A DNA stretch of 64,000 bases from an uncultured Thermococci archaeon (GTDB taxonomy: Archaea > Methanobacteriota_B > Thermococci > Methanofastidiosales > B48-G16): NCBI GenBank assembly GCA_964595645.1, contig CAZQQT010000007.1:79123-143122 (forward strand), given 5' to 3'. Positions 1 through 10,265 of this stretch are shown here, one piece after another. The notes under the pieces were generated by a model. It saw only the letters and a list, made by a program, of their open reading frames with translations. It did no database searches and was not told where the DNA came from. Position numbers and translations under genes: made by a program. Every line of letters begins with the position of its first letter. Position 1 is the first letter of the stretch.

Positions 1-493
1 CGATTCCTGTGGGAGTTTTAAGTTCAAAGAGAGTATTGCATGGCTTAATGTTAATGCACAACTAAAAGACAAAGATAACTATCTTGGTCGGGAATTGCAA
101 GTGATAGACATGCTGGAAAAAATGACGGGGAAGGGGTCGCAGGACAGTCTGTGGGGTGGCAGACCGGATATCGTACTCGAAAAATACGATGAGAACGGTG
201 ACATTGTGTCAGTGCTAATAGGTGAGGTTAAATACACGGACAGCAAGAATTACGCGATTCAGGGCCTCAAAGAACTACTCGAATATATCGCATTGATCAA
301 AGAAGGTGAGAACTACAAACTACGCTATGAGGATTTGTTCGAAAATATAGACGCAGTGAAGGGATGTTTATTCCTCGATGCGATCGCTGACTGGGAGATC
401 GAAGAAGAAAAGAACATCTCAGTAGTGATGTTTGGTGAGGATTCTACCACGTTAAAAAACGTTATAGAGGGAGTGAAACGTGACTCGCGTTGA
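1..493 (+). CDS. C-terminal part of a PD-(D/E)xK nuclease-like protein (McrC/DUF2357-like), 5'-truncated by the window edge
   Basis: Frame is open from position 2; motif GRPDIVLE...VLIGEVKY fits a PD-(D/E)xK catalytic core; lies in a defence neighbourhood. Confidence 0.6.
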   Translation, partial: DSCGSFKFKESIAWLNVNAQLKDKDNYLGRELQVIDMLEKMTGKGSQDSLWGGRPDIVLEKYDENGDIVSVLIGEVKYTDSKNYAIQGLKELLEYIALIKEGENYKLRYEDLFENIDAVKGCLFLDAIADWEIEEEKNISVVMFGEDSTTLKNVIEGVKRDSR

Positions 494-872
494 CCGTGCA
501 AAAAACCGAAACATCATTGATATGGCACTCTCGTTTTCTGCGATGACAAGAATCTTTGAGAAAGGATCCACCGAAAAAGTACGGAAGAAGTTCTACAAGG
601 ATATTGACAAATTCTTCAGTATGCACCACGAAGAAGCTTCAACGAAAACAAACTGGACAAAAAAGTACTATATCGTTGCATTTTTAGAACTCAAGTATCC
701 TCCAATTGATAGCACTAACTACAGAGAGTATGAAGCAGAAATCCAAAACAACATGCACTACCGCCGCGGAGATTTCGAGCGACACGATAAAAGTTTTATC
801 CTGAAAGGAACAAAGAACAGCGGGTGGCTTGAGAACCCAATCCGAATCGACGCGGGGGAGACGAGGAACTAA
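480..872 (+). CDS. Hypothetical protein, possibly a remnant or chimera of two genes
   Basis: 130-aa ORF overlapping the previous stop; no complete recognisable domain. Confidence 0.35.
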   Translation: MTRVDRAKNRNIIDMALSFSAMTRIFEKGSTEKVRKKFYKDIDKFFSMHHEEASTKTNWTKKYYIVAFLELKYPPIDSTNYREYEAEIQNNMHYRRGDFERHDKSFILKGTKNSGWLENPIRIDAGETRN

Positions 873-1142
873 CTACCTCATGAAAAAAGAAATTGCGCAG
901 TACAAACTAAAAAATAAAGAAAAACGAGGATTAAATAGGTGTTATTGTAGGTAGGTTGGAGGAATCTATAATTCCCTTGGTTCATGATTGTAGAAAATAG
1001 TAGCTTCGTGTGGTTAGCGTATCTTTAAATTGAGATTTCTATTTGTTTTAATTTGTATAGAAATCTAACTTTTATAGGTACTCTTTCGAAATGGAGAAAA
1101 TATTTATAGAAAGACTTAGAAGTATAATTGAAGGAAATTCCT

Positions 1143-2309
1143 ATGAATAAAAATCTGGTTCAAAATTTGTATGGCGAATATGAAGAAAAAATAGATTCAA
1201 TCATAAAAGAACATGGTGAAGAAGACGGTTTTATAACGGAAGGAAAGATGTGGTGGGACTATTACAAAGAGTTAATAGACGAAACGTTGGACAAGATTAA
1301 AAACGGCGAATTGACAGAAAAAGATGCTAAAAAGTTTTATAAAACTTTTGGATTTGGTCCCAAACTTTACGGCCGCACATTTATCGAAAATGGGTTATCT
1401 AGCATAGAAAAGTTATTTCTCTTCTTAGCCGATGGTGATATTCCTGCGGAAAGAAAAATCGCTGAAGTAGTAGAAGATCCAGAAAGTGAAAACTATTTTA
1501 GAGGCGTAGGTATCAACTTTGTTACTCTCTTCTTAACGACTTTTTTCCCTAAAAAATACGTGCAATGGAATAGGCAAACAGATGGAGCTTTGGAATTGTT
1601 AAAGATCTATCCGGAGAAGGAAAGAGGAGAGAAAAAATCTGAGTTCTATTCAAAAATAAATAGTGTCTGCAAAGAGATCGGTAGAACTGTGGATGTCAAT
1701 TTTTTACCGAAGATTGATAACTTCCTTTACTGTCTAAACAAAGGATATATTGGAACAGAAATAGTTGAACCTGAGTACGAAAAGGAAGCAAAGAAAAAGG
1801 AAGAACTTGAAGAAAAAGAACTGAAAACGGAAGAGGTAAGAACCCATACGAAAATGATGTACTATCTTATAAAAATAGGATTAAAGAAAAACTATAATGT
1901 GTGGGTTGCTAAAAATGACAGAAATAAAGAATATAGGGAAGAAAAATTTTCAGACCTCTGTTTAAGCGAAATACCAAATTTTACAGGACCCGATACATTA
2001 GCAATCGCAAAGTATATAGATGTGATATGGTTTAGAAAAAATACTTTACATCCTGTCCGTTTTTTTGAGATAGAACACACCACAACAATTTATTCTGGAT
2101 TATTGCGATTAAACGATGTTGCAGTGGATTATCCTATTGGCAAAGCAACGATTGTCATTCCGGAAGAAAGGATTAATTTATTTGAAACACAGATAGATAG
2201 ACGAACCTTCAAAGTGGGCACCGATTTATCGGATGTATGTGACTATTTAACTTACGGAGATCTAAAAAAGTGGTATGAAGCAGTAAATATTGATTCAAAA
2301 TACTCATAG
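1143..2309 (+). CDS. Putative restriction endonuclease: N-terminal helical (HhH-like) domain plus C-terminal PD-(D/E)xK domain
   Basis: C-terminal IDVIWF...FEIEHTTTIYSGLLRLND motif; charged linker between domains; no cognate methyltransferase fused. Confidence 0.6.
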   Translation: MNKNLVQNLYGEYEEKIDSIIKEHGEEDGFITEGKMWWDYYKELIDETLDKIKNGELTEKDAKKFYKTFGFGPKLYGRTFIENGLSSIEKLFLFLADGDIPAERKIAEVVEDPESENYFRGVGINFVTLFLTTFFPKKYVQWNRQTDGALELLKIYPEKERGEKKSEFYSKINSVCKEIGRTVDVNFLPKIDNFLYCLNKGYIGTEIVEPEYEKEAKKKEELEEKELKTEEVRTHTKMMYYLIKIGLKKNYNVWVAKNDRNKEYREEKFSDLCLSEIPNFTGPDTLAIAKYIDVIWFRKNTLHPVRFFEIEHTTTIYSGLLRLNDVAVDYPIGKATIVIPEERINLFETQIDRRTFKVGTDLSDVCDYLTYGDLKKWYEAVNIDSKYS

Positions 2310-2522
2310 CACGATTCACTCCAAGATTTGATAACAACACTGTGTAGAGGAAAGAGTTGAATTCGTAAAACTCTAGAAAGATCCTCGCAAGAGAGGAAAG
2401 GAGGATAATATTCGCTTACCAGCCTCGTAGTTATTTTACAGTTCAAAGTAGATACTCACGAGGAAAGGATAAATTTTAAATAGAATCTAGTGGAATAATA
2501 ACAAAGAGTAGGAGGAGGAATA

Positions 2523-4049
2523 ATGCAAAAAAAACTAGGAAAAATGACACTTGATAGGCTTGAATCACATTTATGGGAGTCTGCAAACATTTTGAGAGGA
2601 AGTATCGACTCATCTGACTACAAGAATTATATTTTTGGTCTACTGTTTCTGAAACGGCTGAGTGATGTATTCGAAGAGAAACAAGAAGAAATCAGGAAAA
2701 ATCATGGAGAAGAATTTATCGAAGATAGAGACTTCCATGAGTTTTATGTGCCTGAGAGAGCCCGCTGGGACAACATCAAAGAAAAAACACAAGACATTGG
2801 TGCAGAACTAAACAAAGCATTTGAAGTCTTGGAGGAAGAAAACAGTCTTTTAGAGGGAGTATTAGTCAGCATTGACTATAACGATAAAGAACGGCTACCT
2901 GACAACGTGCTAGAAGAACTCATTCAACATTTCACAACATATGGGTTGGGGAACAAGGATCTGGAGGATCCCGATCTGTTAGGCAGAGCCTACGAATACC
3001 TCATCCGACAGTTTGCCGACGATGCAGGGAAAAAAGGAGGTGAGTTTTACACACCTCGAGGCGTGGTTAAACTGATAGTGGAGATACTGGATCCGAAGGA
3101 AGGAATGAGAATCTACGACCCCTGTTGCGGATCCGGTGGAATGCTGATATACTCTGCAAAGCATTTAGAAGAGAATGGTCACAGCCCTTCGGAAATATCG
3201 CTGTACGGACAGGAACGGAATCTGAATACCTGGGCCATCTGCAAGATGAACATGTTGCTTCATGGGTTATACGATGCAAAAGTAGAGAAGGGAGATACCA
3301 TGCGGGATCCAAAGTTCGTGGAGGAAGGAACATTGCAGCAGTTCGATATTGTGGTCGCAAATCCTATGTGGAACCAGAGTTCGTGGAGCAAAGAGTACCT
3401 CAAAAATGCCGAGCCGTATGGGCGCTTCTCTTATGGACTTCCACCAAAGAACTCGGCGGACTGGGCGTGGATACAACACATGCTGGCCAGCACACACAAA
3501 AAGGGGAAGGTCGGCGTTGTTTTGGATAACGGTGTGCTGTTCAGAAGCAGAAGTGAGGGTAAAATCAGGGAGAAGGTGATAAAAGACGATCTCATTGAAG
3601 CCGTCATTGCCCTCCCACCAAATCTATTCTACAACACATCGTCTCCGGGAACGATCCTCATTCTCAACAAGGACAAACCTACCGAGCGAAAAGATAAAGT
3701 CATCTTCGTGTATGCCGAGGAGGAATACAGAGAAGGAAGTGCACAGAATTTCTTGGAAGAAGAGCACATCCAGAAGATCGTGGATGCTATCGAAGATTAT
3801 GAAGATCAAGAGAGATTCTGCAGAGTCGTTGGATATGAAGAGATCGAGAAGAACGACTTTAATTTAAATGTTCCCAGGTATGTGGATACTATTGAGCCGG
3901 AGGAACCGATAGATGTGAACGAAGCATGGGCTGAGTTGAAAGAAGTTGAGCAGGAAAGAGACGAGATTACGAGTGAGATGAACGGATATCTGGAGGAGAT
4001 CGGGTATGATTACTCTATGGTTGAGGGAAGTGGTGGGAAAGAAAAATGA
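2523..4049 (+). CDS. hsdM: Type I restriction-modification methyltransferase subunit M
   Basis: LESHLWESANILRG N-terminus, GEFYTP, DPCCGSGG (SAM motif I), NPMW (motif IV). Confidence 0.97.
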   Translation: MQKKLGKMTLDRLESHLWESANILRGSIDSSDYKNYIFGLLFLKRLSDVFEEKQEEIRKNHGEEFIEDRDFHEFYVPERARWDNIKEKTQDIGAELNKAFEVLEEENSLLEGVLVSIDYNDKERLPDNVLEELIQHFTTYGLGNKDLEDPDLLGRAYEYLIRQFADDAGKKGGEFYTPRGVVKLIVEILDPKEGMRIYDPCCGSGGMLIYSAKHLEENGHSPSEISLYGQERNLNTWAICKMNMLLHGLYDAKVEKGDTMRDPKFVEEGTLQQFDIVVANPMWNQSSWSKEYLKNAEPYGRFSYGLPPKNSADWAWIQHMLASTHKKGKVGVVLDNGVLFRSRSEGKIREKVIKDDLIEAVIALPPNLFYNTSSPGTILILNKDKPTERKDKVIFVYAEEEYREGSAQNFLEEEHIQKIVDAIEDYEDQERFCRVVGYEEIEKNDFNLNVPRYVDTIEPEEPIDVNEAWAELKEVEQERDEITSEMNGYLEEIGYDYSMVEGSGGKEK

Positions 4050-5557
4050 GAATCCTCTTGGATACGAACATATTGATATATCGGGAATCAAACCAGATTC
4101 TTTCTGAGGACATCCAAGAGCTGACAAAAATACTGAATCGAGGTGACTTTGATATTCTAATTCACCCCGCAACTTTTGATGATATTAGTAAAGACGGGTA
4201 TGAAAAAAGAAAAAGGATTATGGAATCTAAGTTCAAAACATATTCTACATTAGAAAAACCTCCGAACCCATTGGAAGATCAAGAATTTTTAGATCGCGTT
4301 GAATGGTATTCACATCCCGAGGACGAGATTGACAATAAAATTCTTTATGCAGTATGCAGAAATGCAGTTGATTTTTTAATCACTGAAGATCATGGGATAC
4401 ATCACAATGCTAAGGAGATTGGTATTGATGAACGTGTTCTTCTTGCACAAGACGCTTTGAAATTATTTGAACAAAAGGAAGAAAAACCTCCGAATGTACC
4501 TCCATCGTTGGAAAAAAATTATGTTTACAATTTGGACATTTCCGATCCTATTTTCGATAGCTTAAAAAGAGATTATCCGGATTTCGAGGATTGGTTTGAG
4601 AAAATATCGAAAGAGGGAAGGAAATGTTATGTTAACCGTAGAAAAGACGGTAAAGTAGGTGCTTTGTTGATATATAAACTGGAAGAAGAAGATATGACCA
4701 ACACAAGTCCACCTTTACCATTGAAAAGGAGATTAAAAATATGTACCTTAAAAGTCACTCATGTCGGTTATAAGATAGGAGAACTATTCATTAAAACCTC
4801 AGTAGACATGGCATTGAAAAAAGGTTGTGAACAAATCTATCTCACACATTTCACAGAACCCGACGATAGATTGGTATCATTGATAAACGATTTTGGGTTT
4901 TACAAAGGAGCGGTTAAACATTGGGATGATGGTCGAGAAGAAGACATTTTTTTGAAAGAACTATTTGCCGGAGATGACGTAGAACAATTATCCCCGCTAG
5001 AGATCTCTGAAAAATATTATCCAACATACTATCATGGAAGAAATGTTCGCAAATTTATTGTACCAATAGTCCCAAAGTACCACGATAGGCTATTCACCGA
5101 CTGCGGGGGACGACAAACCTTTTTACATGAACATGCTGGCGAGTTCGTAACGGAGGGAAACACAATAAAAAAAGCTTATTTAAGCCATTCAAAAACCGGA
5201 ATGGTAAGACCAGGCGATATTCTGCTCTTTTATCGTTCTCATGATCAACAAAGAATAACTTCTCTCGGTGTTGTGGAAAAAGTTCATGATGAACTTACAA
5301 ATGCAGGTGAAATAGCCAGTATTGTGGGTAAACGTACTGTCTATTCGTTAAGAGAAATAGAAGAAATGTCAGAAAAAGAAACAAAGGTAATTTTGTTTAG
5401 ACATCACTTTCACTTGCCTCTTCCACTAGATTATAAATTCTTGAGGAAACAATCCATAATCAAAGGGCCTACAAGGTCTATAACTAAAATCGACCACGAT
5501 AACTATTTAAAAATGGTTGAAAAAGGTGGTATAGATGAACGTTTTACTGTCGATTAA
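4046..5557 (+). CDS. PIN-GNAT-PUA/EVE-like three-domain protein
   Basis: PIN: ILLDTNILI...FLITED; GNAT: LKICTLKV...GYKIGELFIK...IYLT...FGF; C-terminal PUA-like: VPIVPKYHDRLF...PGDILLFYRS; ATGA overlap with hsdM. Confidence 0.8.
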   Translation: MRILLDTNILIYRESNQILSEDIQELTKILNRGDFDILIHPATFDDISKDGYEKRKRIMESKFKTYSTLEKPPNPLEDQEFLDRVEWYSHPEDEIDNKILYAVCRNAVDFLITEDHGIHHNAKEIGIDERVLLAQDALKLFEQKEEKPPNVPPSLEKNYVYNLDISDPIFDSLKRDYPDFEDWFEKISKEGRKCYVNRRKDGKVGALLIYKLEEEDMTNTSPPLPLKRRLKICTLKVTHVGYKIGELFIKTSVDMALKKGCEQIYLTHFTEPDDRLVSLINDFGFYKGAVKHWDDGREEDIFLKELFAGDDVEQLSPLEISEKYYPTYYHGRNVRKFIVPIVPKYHDRLFTDCGGRQTFLHEHAGEFVTEGNTIKKAYLSHSKTGMVRPGDILLFYRSHDQQRITSLGVVEKVHDELTNAGEIASIVGKRTVYSLREIEEMSEKETKVILFRHHFHLPLPLDYKFLRKQSIIKGPTRSITKIDHDNYLKMVEKGGIDERFTVD

Positions 5558-5939
5558 ACCAAAATATGTTGAAAAGATCGCCGAGGGTGAGAAGAAACTG
5601 GAGTTCAGAAAGGTGATCTTCAAGGACGAGAACAGGCCGGACACCATATACATATATTGCACCTCTCCTGTCAAGAAGATAATCGGCTATTTCACCACCG
5701 GTGAGATCTTCGAGGACGACCCGGCCGAGCTCTGGGACAGGTTCCATAACCTTGCAGGTATAAGTGAAGAGGAGTTCTTCGATTACTTCTCGGGAAAGGA
5801 AAGAGGATACGCCATCGGTATCGAGGACTTCAACCAGTTCGACAACGCTATCGACCCTTACGAAGTGATCCCGGGATTCACACCACCCCAGTCCTTCTGC
5901 TATATGAACGACGATCTCCAGAGGTATCACGATGTCTGA
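5535..5939 (+). CDS. ASCH domain protein
   Basis: LLSIKPKYVEKIAEGEKKLEFRK (GxKxxExR signature), Y.TSP.K.I.G, C-terminal PPQSF.Y. Confidence 0.88.
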   Translation: MNVLLSIKPKYVEKIAEGEKKLEFRKVIFKDENRPDTIYIYCTSPVKKIIGYFTTGEIFEDDPAELWDRFHNLAGISEEEFFDYFSGKERGYAIGIEDFNQFDNAIDPYEVIPGFTPPQSFCYMNDDLQRYHDV

Positions 5940-7254
5940 GTACAAGGAAGTGCAGATCGGGCCCAAGACGGTGGAGATACCTGTGGAGTGGGATAAAGTT
6001 AAAGTTGAAGGTATTTTCGAGATAATTAAAGGGCAAAGTTATAAAAGTAAATATTATGCTGATGAAGAGGATGGGTTTATATTCATTAATTTAAAATGTA
6101 TAAACAAGAAAGGAGGATTTAATAAAGAAGGTATAAAATTTTATCAGGGACCTTTTGCAGAGAAAAATTTTGTTGAACCAGGAAATTTGATAATGGCCAA
6201 TACAGATTTAAACCGTGACGCAGAAGTAGTAGGATATCCTCTTTATGTACCAGAATTTAATAATGAAAAAAAAATAGGAATATCTATGGATGTCTCAGTG
6301 TTAAGAAAAAAGAACAGTTGTGTAATTGATAAATATTTTTATTATTTATTTAGCAATGAGATTATTCACGGTGCAGTACAAAATTTTGCTGAAGGATCAA
6401 CTGTATTACATCTTGATTTAGATTCTGTAAAAAATTTAACAATCCCCCTCCCACCACTCCCCGAACAGCGCCGTATCGCAGAGATCTTATCTACCGTGGA
6501 CGATGCCATCCAGAAGACGGATGAGGTCATCGAGAAGGCGGAGAGGTTGAAGAAGGGGCTGATGCAGGACCTGTTGACCAAGGGGATAGGGCACGATGAG
6601 TTTAAGGAAGTGCAGATCGGGCCGAGATCTATTAAAATCCCCAAAGAATGGGATATTAAGAATTTACAACCGTCCAATGGGATTGTAAAAAAAGTTACTG
6701 ATGGATCCCATTACTCACCACCCCAAATAGAAGAGGGTGAATATCTTTACGCAACCGTTACGAACTTTAGCGATAGGGGTATAGATTATGGAACATGTAA
6801 TAAAATAAATGAAGAAGAATATCTTAAGATGGTAGAAGGGGGTAATAAACCTCTGAAAGGAGATGTACTTTTCAGTAAAGATGGGACTATTGGAATCACT
6901 GATGTATATGAAGATGATGAAGATGTGGTATTACTTTCGTCCATTGCAATCATTAGGCCTATACAAAATCAAGTAAATCCAATTTATTTGAAATATTTTC
7001 TATCTTCAAAAGAAATCGAACATCAAATACGTTCTTTTAAAAGTGGAACTGCGATTCGCCGTGTAGTTCTTAGAGATATCAAAAAATTCAAAATTCCACT
7101 ACCATCTCTACCCGAACAGCGCCGCATCGCAGAGATTCTATCAAATATCGACAGTAAAATCCAAAAAGAAAAATCCTATAAACAAAACCTCCAGAAACTC
7201 AAAAAAGGATTGATGCAGGACCTGTTGACAGGAAAAGTGAGGGTGAATACATGA
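5932..7254 (+). CDS. hsdS: Type I R-M specificity subunit S
   Basis: Two TRDs, each followed by P.PEQRRIAEIL and LKKGLMQDLLT conserved regions. Confidence 0.96.
   Translation: MSEYKEVQIGPKTVEIPVEWDKVKVEGIFEIIKGQSYKSKYYADEEDGFIFINLKCINKKGGFNKEGIKFYQGPFAEKNFVEPGNLIMANTDLNRDAEVVGYPLYVPEFNNEKKIGISMDVSVLRKKNSCVIDKYFYYLFSNEIIHGAVQNFAEGSTVLHLDLDSVKNLTIPLPPLPEQRRIAEILSTVDDAIQKTDEVIEKAERLKKGLMQDLLTKGIGHDEFKEVQIGPRSIKIPKEWDIKNLQPSNGIVKKVTDGSHYSPPQIEEGEYLYATVTNFSDRGIDYGTCNKINEEEYLKMVEGGNKPLKGDVLFSKDGTIGITDVYEDDEDVVLLSSIAIIRPIQNQVNPIYLKYFLSSKEIEHQIRSFKSGTAIRRVVLRDIKKFKIPLPSLPEQRRIAEILSNIDSKIQKEKSYKQNLQKLKKGLMQDLLTGKVRVNT
5944..7229 (+). repeat. Direct repeats in the hsdS conserved regions
   Basis: aaggaagtgcagatcgggcc at 5944 and 6604; cccgaacagcgccg at 6460 and 7111; tgatgcaggacctgttgac at 6560 and 7211. 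Confidence 0.9.
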
Positions 7255-10200
7255 CACAGGATTGGACTGAGTACCACCTGACGGAGAAACCAGCATTAGA
7301 TCTTCTAGAAGAGCTGGGGTATACAGTCTACGATATCAATGAGACCTTTGAACGACCGGAACGAGACTTGTTGCGAGAGGTGCTGTTACTGAACAACGTA
7401 CGGTCGGCGATTCAACGAATTAACCCATGGATCTCAGAGAATAACCTCAATAAAGCGGTGAACATGATCCGTCCCACAAGAATCCGGGCCGCTGGAATGA
7501 TAGAAGCCAACGAGATCACCTACACCCGACTGGTCAAGTACATCTCAGTTCCTCAGGATCTGGGAAAAGGAAAAAAGAATCAGACGGTAAAGTACATTGA
7601 TTTTGAGCATCCTGAAAACAACGAGTTCTTGGCACTGAACCAGTACAAGGTAAAAGGACACGAGAAAATAAAACCGGACATCGTGATCTTTGTTAACGGC
7701 ATTCCCATCGGCGTCATCGAGTGCAAAAACGAGACTACCTGCGATGATCCAGAGGACGATGCCATCGATCAGTTGCGACGGTATCAGAACATTCGGTACG
7801 AGAATGAGAATGAAGGTGCAGAGCAACTGTTTTATCCTAACCAAATACTTGTAGCAGCCTGGCGGGATTCTGCCTCCTCCTGTGCCATTGGTGCACCAGC
7901 CCGACAGTTCAAAGCGTGGAAGGATCCCTATCCACACACAAAAGAAGAGATTCGATCCGTAGTCGGAAGAAACGTTACCCTCCAAGATATACTCCTCTTC
8001 TCCCTCTTCAAAAAAGATCGTCTGCTAGATCTCATTCAGAACTTCATCGTGTTTGAACGCGCAGGAAACAAGCTCATCAAAAAACTGGCGCGGTACCAGC
8101 AGTATCGAGCAGTAACCAAAGCTGTCGAACGGATAAAGAACGCAGACACACTGATTGATCGGAGTGGTACTGTCTGGCACACTCAGGGATCGGGGAAGTC
8201 TCTCTCCATGCTCTTTTTGGCCCTCAAACTGCGACGAATGGAAGGACTGGGAAATCCCACACTTCTCGTAGTAACAGACAGAATCGATCTCGACGACCAG
8301 ATCACCGGTACCTTCGAACGGTGCGGATTTCCAAATCCAATCCAAGCGCAAGATACAGACAATCTCAAAGAGTTGCTCAGAAGAAACGTCGGAAAAACGA
8401 TTATGACGACGGTGCACAAATTCCAGGAACGTGTGAAGGAGAAATACCCTGTTCTCACTGAAGATACGAATGTGTTTGTAATGGCCGACGAGGCACACAG
8501 GACACAGTACAAAGACTTGGCGGCAAATATGCGAAGAGCCTTGCCCAACGCCTGCTACTTGGGATTCACGGGGACGCCTATCGACAAAGAAGAGAGAAGC
8601 ACACTGCGGACCTTCGGATCCTATATCGACACCTACACCATCGATGAGTCCGTTGACGATGGAATGACGCTCAATATCCTTTACGAGGGAAGAATCCCTG
8701 AGTTACGAGTTGAAGGACGCGATCTCGACGATTTATTCGACAGAATATTCAAAAACTACTCCAACGAAGAGAAGAAAAAAATAAAAGAGAAGTACGCAAC
8801 TGAACGAGACATTGCTGAAGCAAAATCCAGAATTGAACGGATATGTCTTGATATCATCGATCATTACGAATCAAAAATATATCCCCTCAAAGGACAGATA
8901 GTAACAGTGAGCAGAGAAGCAGCCGCCAGATACAAGGAAGCAATGGACAGGTTTAACGGACCTGAGTCTGCTGTGATCATCAGCAGTGATCAGAACGATC
9001 CGCCGCTTCTCAAGAAGTACCATACATCTGCTGGTGAACGAAAGCATCTTATTGAAACATTTAAAGATCCGGAAAGTAATCTCTGCCTCCTCATTGTCTG
9101 TGATATGCTGCTGACTGGATTTGACGCACCAGTAGAGCAGGTAATGTATTTAGACAAGCCGCTCAAAGAACATAATCTCCTGCAAGCGATTGCACGAGTG
9201 AACAGACGGTTTGAAGAGAAAAATTATGGTCTTATTGTGGACTACTATGGCGTGTTTGATTACCTCCAAGAAGCATTGGCCGTCTTCAATAAAAAGGATA
9301 TAGAAAACGCTGTCACCCCCATCAAGGATGAAAAACCGAGGCTGGAGAGAACGTATAGACAGGTTATGCAGTTTTTTGAAGGAGTGGATCTTGATGACCT
9401 CGATGAGTGCATCCTAACCTTTAAAGACGAAGACAAACGACTGAAGTTCAAACGTGCTTTTAAAGCCTTTGCAAAGAGCATGGATATCGTTATGCCCGAT
9501 CCAATCGCGGATCCGTACCGTGAGGATCTCAAAACACTGGGGAAAATTTACAAAGCGGTGAGAAACCACTACCGTGACAGCTCTTTGGACATAAAGGGTG
9601 TTGGTGGGAAGGTAAAGCGGCTAATAGATGAACATATTCGCGCAACCGACATCAAAATACTCAATGAACCGGTCTCTATTCTTGACAAAGAGGAGTTCGA
9701 TCGTACTGTAGAAGAGCATGAAAATATTGAGACTAAAGCTAGTGAGATGGAACACGCAATCCGAAGTGAGATTAGTGTGAAAATGGAAGAGAACCCTGTC
9801 TTTTACCAATCGCTGAAAGAACGGTTAGAGGAAATTATCGAAAAGAGAGTCCAGGGAAGATTCACCTTTACCAAACAGTTAGAAGAAATGAGAGAGATAA
9901 TCCACGAAATTCGAGATGTGAGGACAAAAGCCGAGAAGCTAGGATTGAATGAGCGAGAGTTTGCTCTCTACGAACTGCTCCTCGACGAAAGAGAACATGA
10001 ACGGGTGGAGACAGTGAGTGAGAGTACGGGAGCCTACCATCCTGGTGGTCCTGAACTGCATATTAATAAAAAGGTTAGAGATTTATCCAAACAATTAATG
10101 GACGACCTTGAAGACATGAGAGTCGTGGATTGGAAGGAAAAGAAAATGATTCTAAAAGAAATGAGAAAAGTGATCAAACTCACGTTGAGTGAGTACAAAG

Positions 10201-10265
10201 AATTCAAGAAAAATCTGGATAGCGTCACAACGAAAGTGATCAAACTCGCGAGGAATATCCTATGA
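7251..10265 (+). CDS. hsdR: Type I restriction endonuclease subunit R
   Basis: PDIV...IECK nuclease, HTQGSGKS Walker A, DEAHR, FTGTP, QAIARVNR. Confidence 0.97.
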   Translation: MTQDWTEYHLTEKPALDLLEELGYTVYDINETFERPERDLLREVLLLNNVRSAIQRINPWISENNLNKAVNMIRPTRIRAAGMIEANEITYTRLVKYISVPQDLGKGKKNQTVKYIDFEHPENNEFLALNQYKVKGHEKIKPDIVIFVNGIPIGVIECKNETTCDDPEDDAIDQLRRYQNIRYENENEGAEQLFYPNQILVAAWRDSASSCAIGAPARQFKAWKDPYPHTKEEIRSVVGRNVTLQDILLFSLFKKDRLLDLIQNFIVFERAGNKLIKKLARYQQYRAVTKAVERIKNADTLIDRSGTVWHTQGSGKSLSMLFLALKLRRMEGLGNPTLLVVTDRIDLDDQITGTFERCGFPNPIQAQDTDNLKELLRRNVGKTIMTTVHKFQERVKEKYPVLTEDTNVFVMADEAHRTQYKDLAANMRRALPNACYLGFTGTPIDKEERSTLRTFGSYIDTYTIDESVDDGMTLNILYEGRIPELRVEGRDLDDLFDRIFKNYSNEEKKKIKEKYATERDIAEAKSRIERICLDIIDHYESKIYPLKGQIVTVSREAAARYKEAMDRFNGPESAVIISSDQNDPPLLKKYHTSAGERKHLIETFKDPESNLCLLIVCDMLLTGFDAPVEQVMYLDKPLKEHNLLQAIARVNRRFEEKNYGLIVDYYGVFDYLQEALAVFNKKDIENAVTPIKDEKPRLERTYRQVMQFFEGVDLDDLDECILTFKDEDKRLKFKRAFKAFAKSMDIVMPDPIADPYREDLKTLGKIYKAVRNHYRDSSLDIKGVGGKVKRLIDEHIRATDIKILNEPVSILDKEEFDRTVEEHENIETKASEMEHAIRSEISVKMEENPVFYQSLKERLEEIIEKRVQGRFTFTKQLEEMREIIHEIRDVRTKAEKLGLNEREFALYELLLDEREHERVETVSESTGAYHPGGPELHINKKVRDLSKQLMDDLEDMRVVDWKEKKMILKEMRKVIKLTLSEYKEFKKNLDSVTTKVIKLARNIL

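Noticed and set aside
5932-7254. Invertible (shufflon-type) hsdS
   Set aside because: The repeats are direct, and there is no silent hsdS copy or recombinase in the window.
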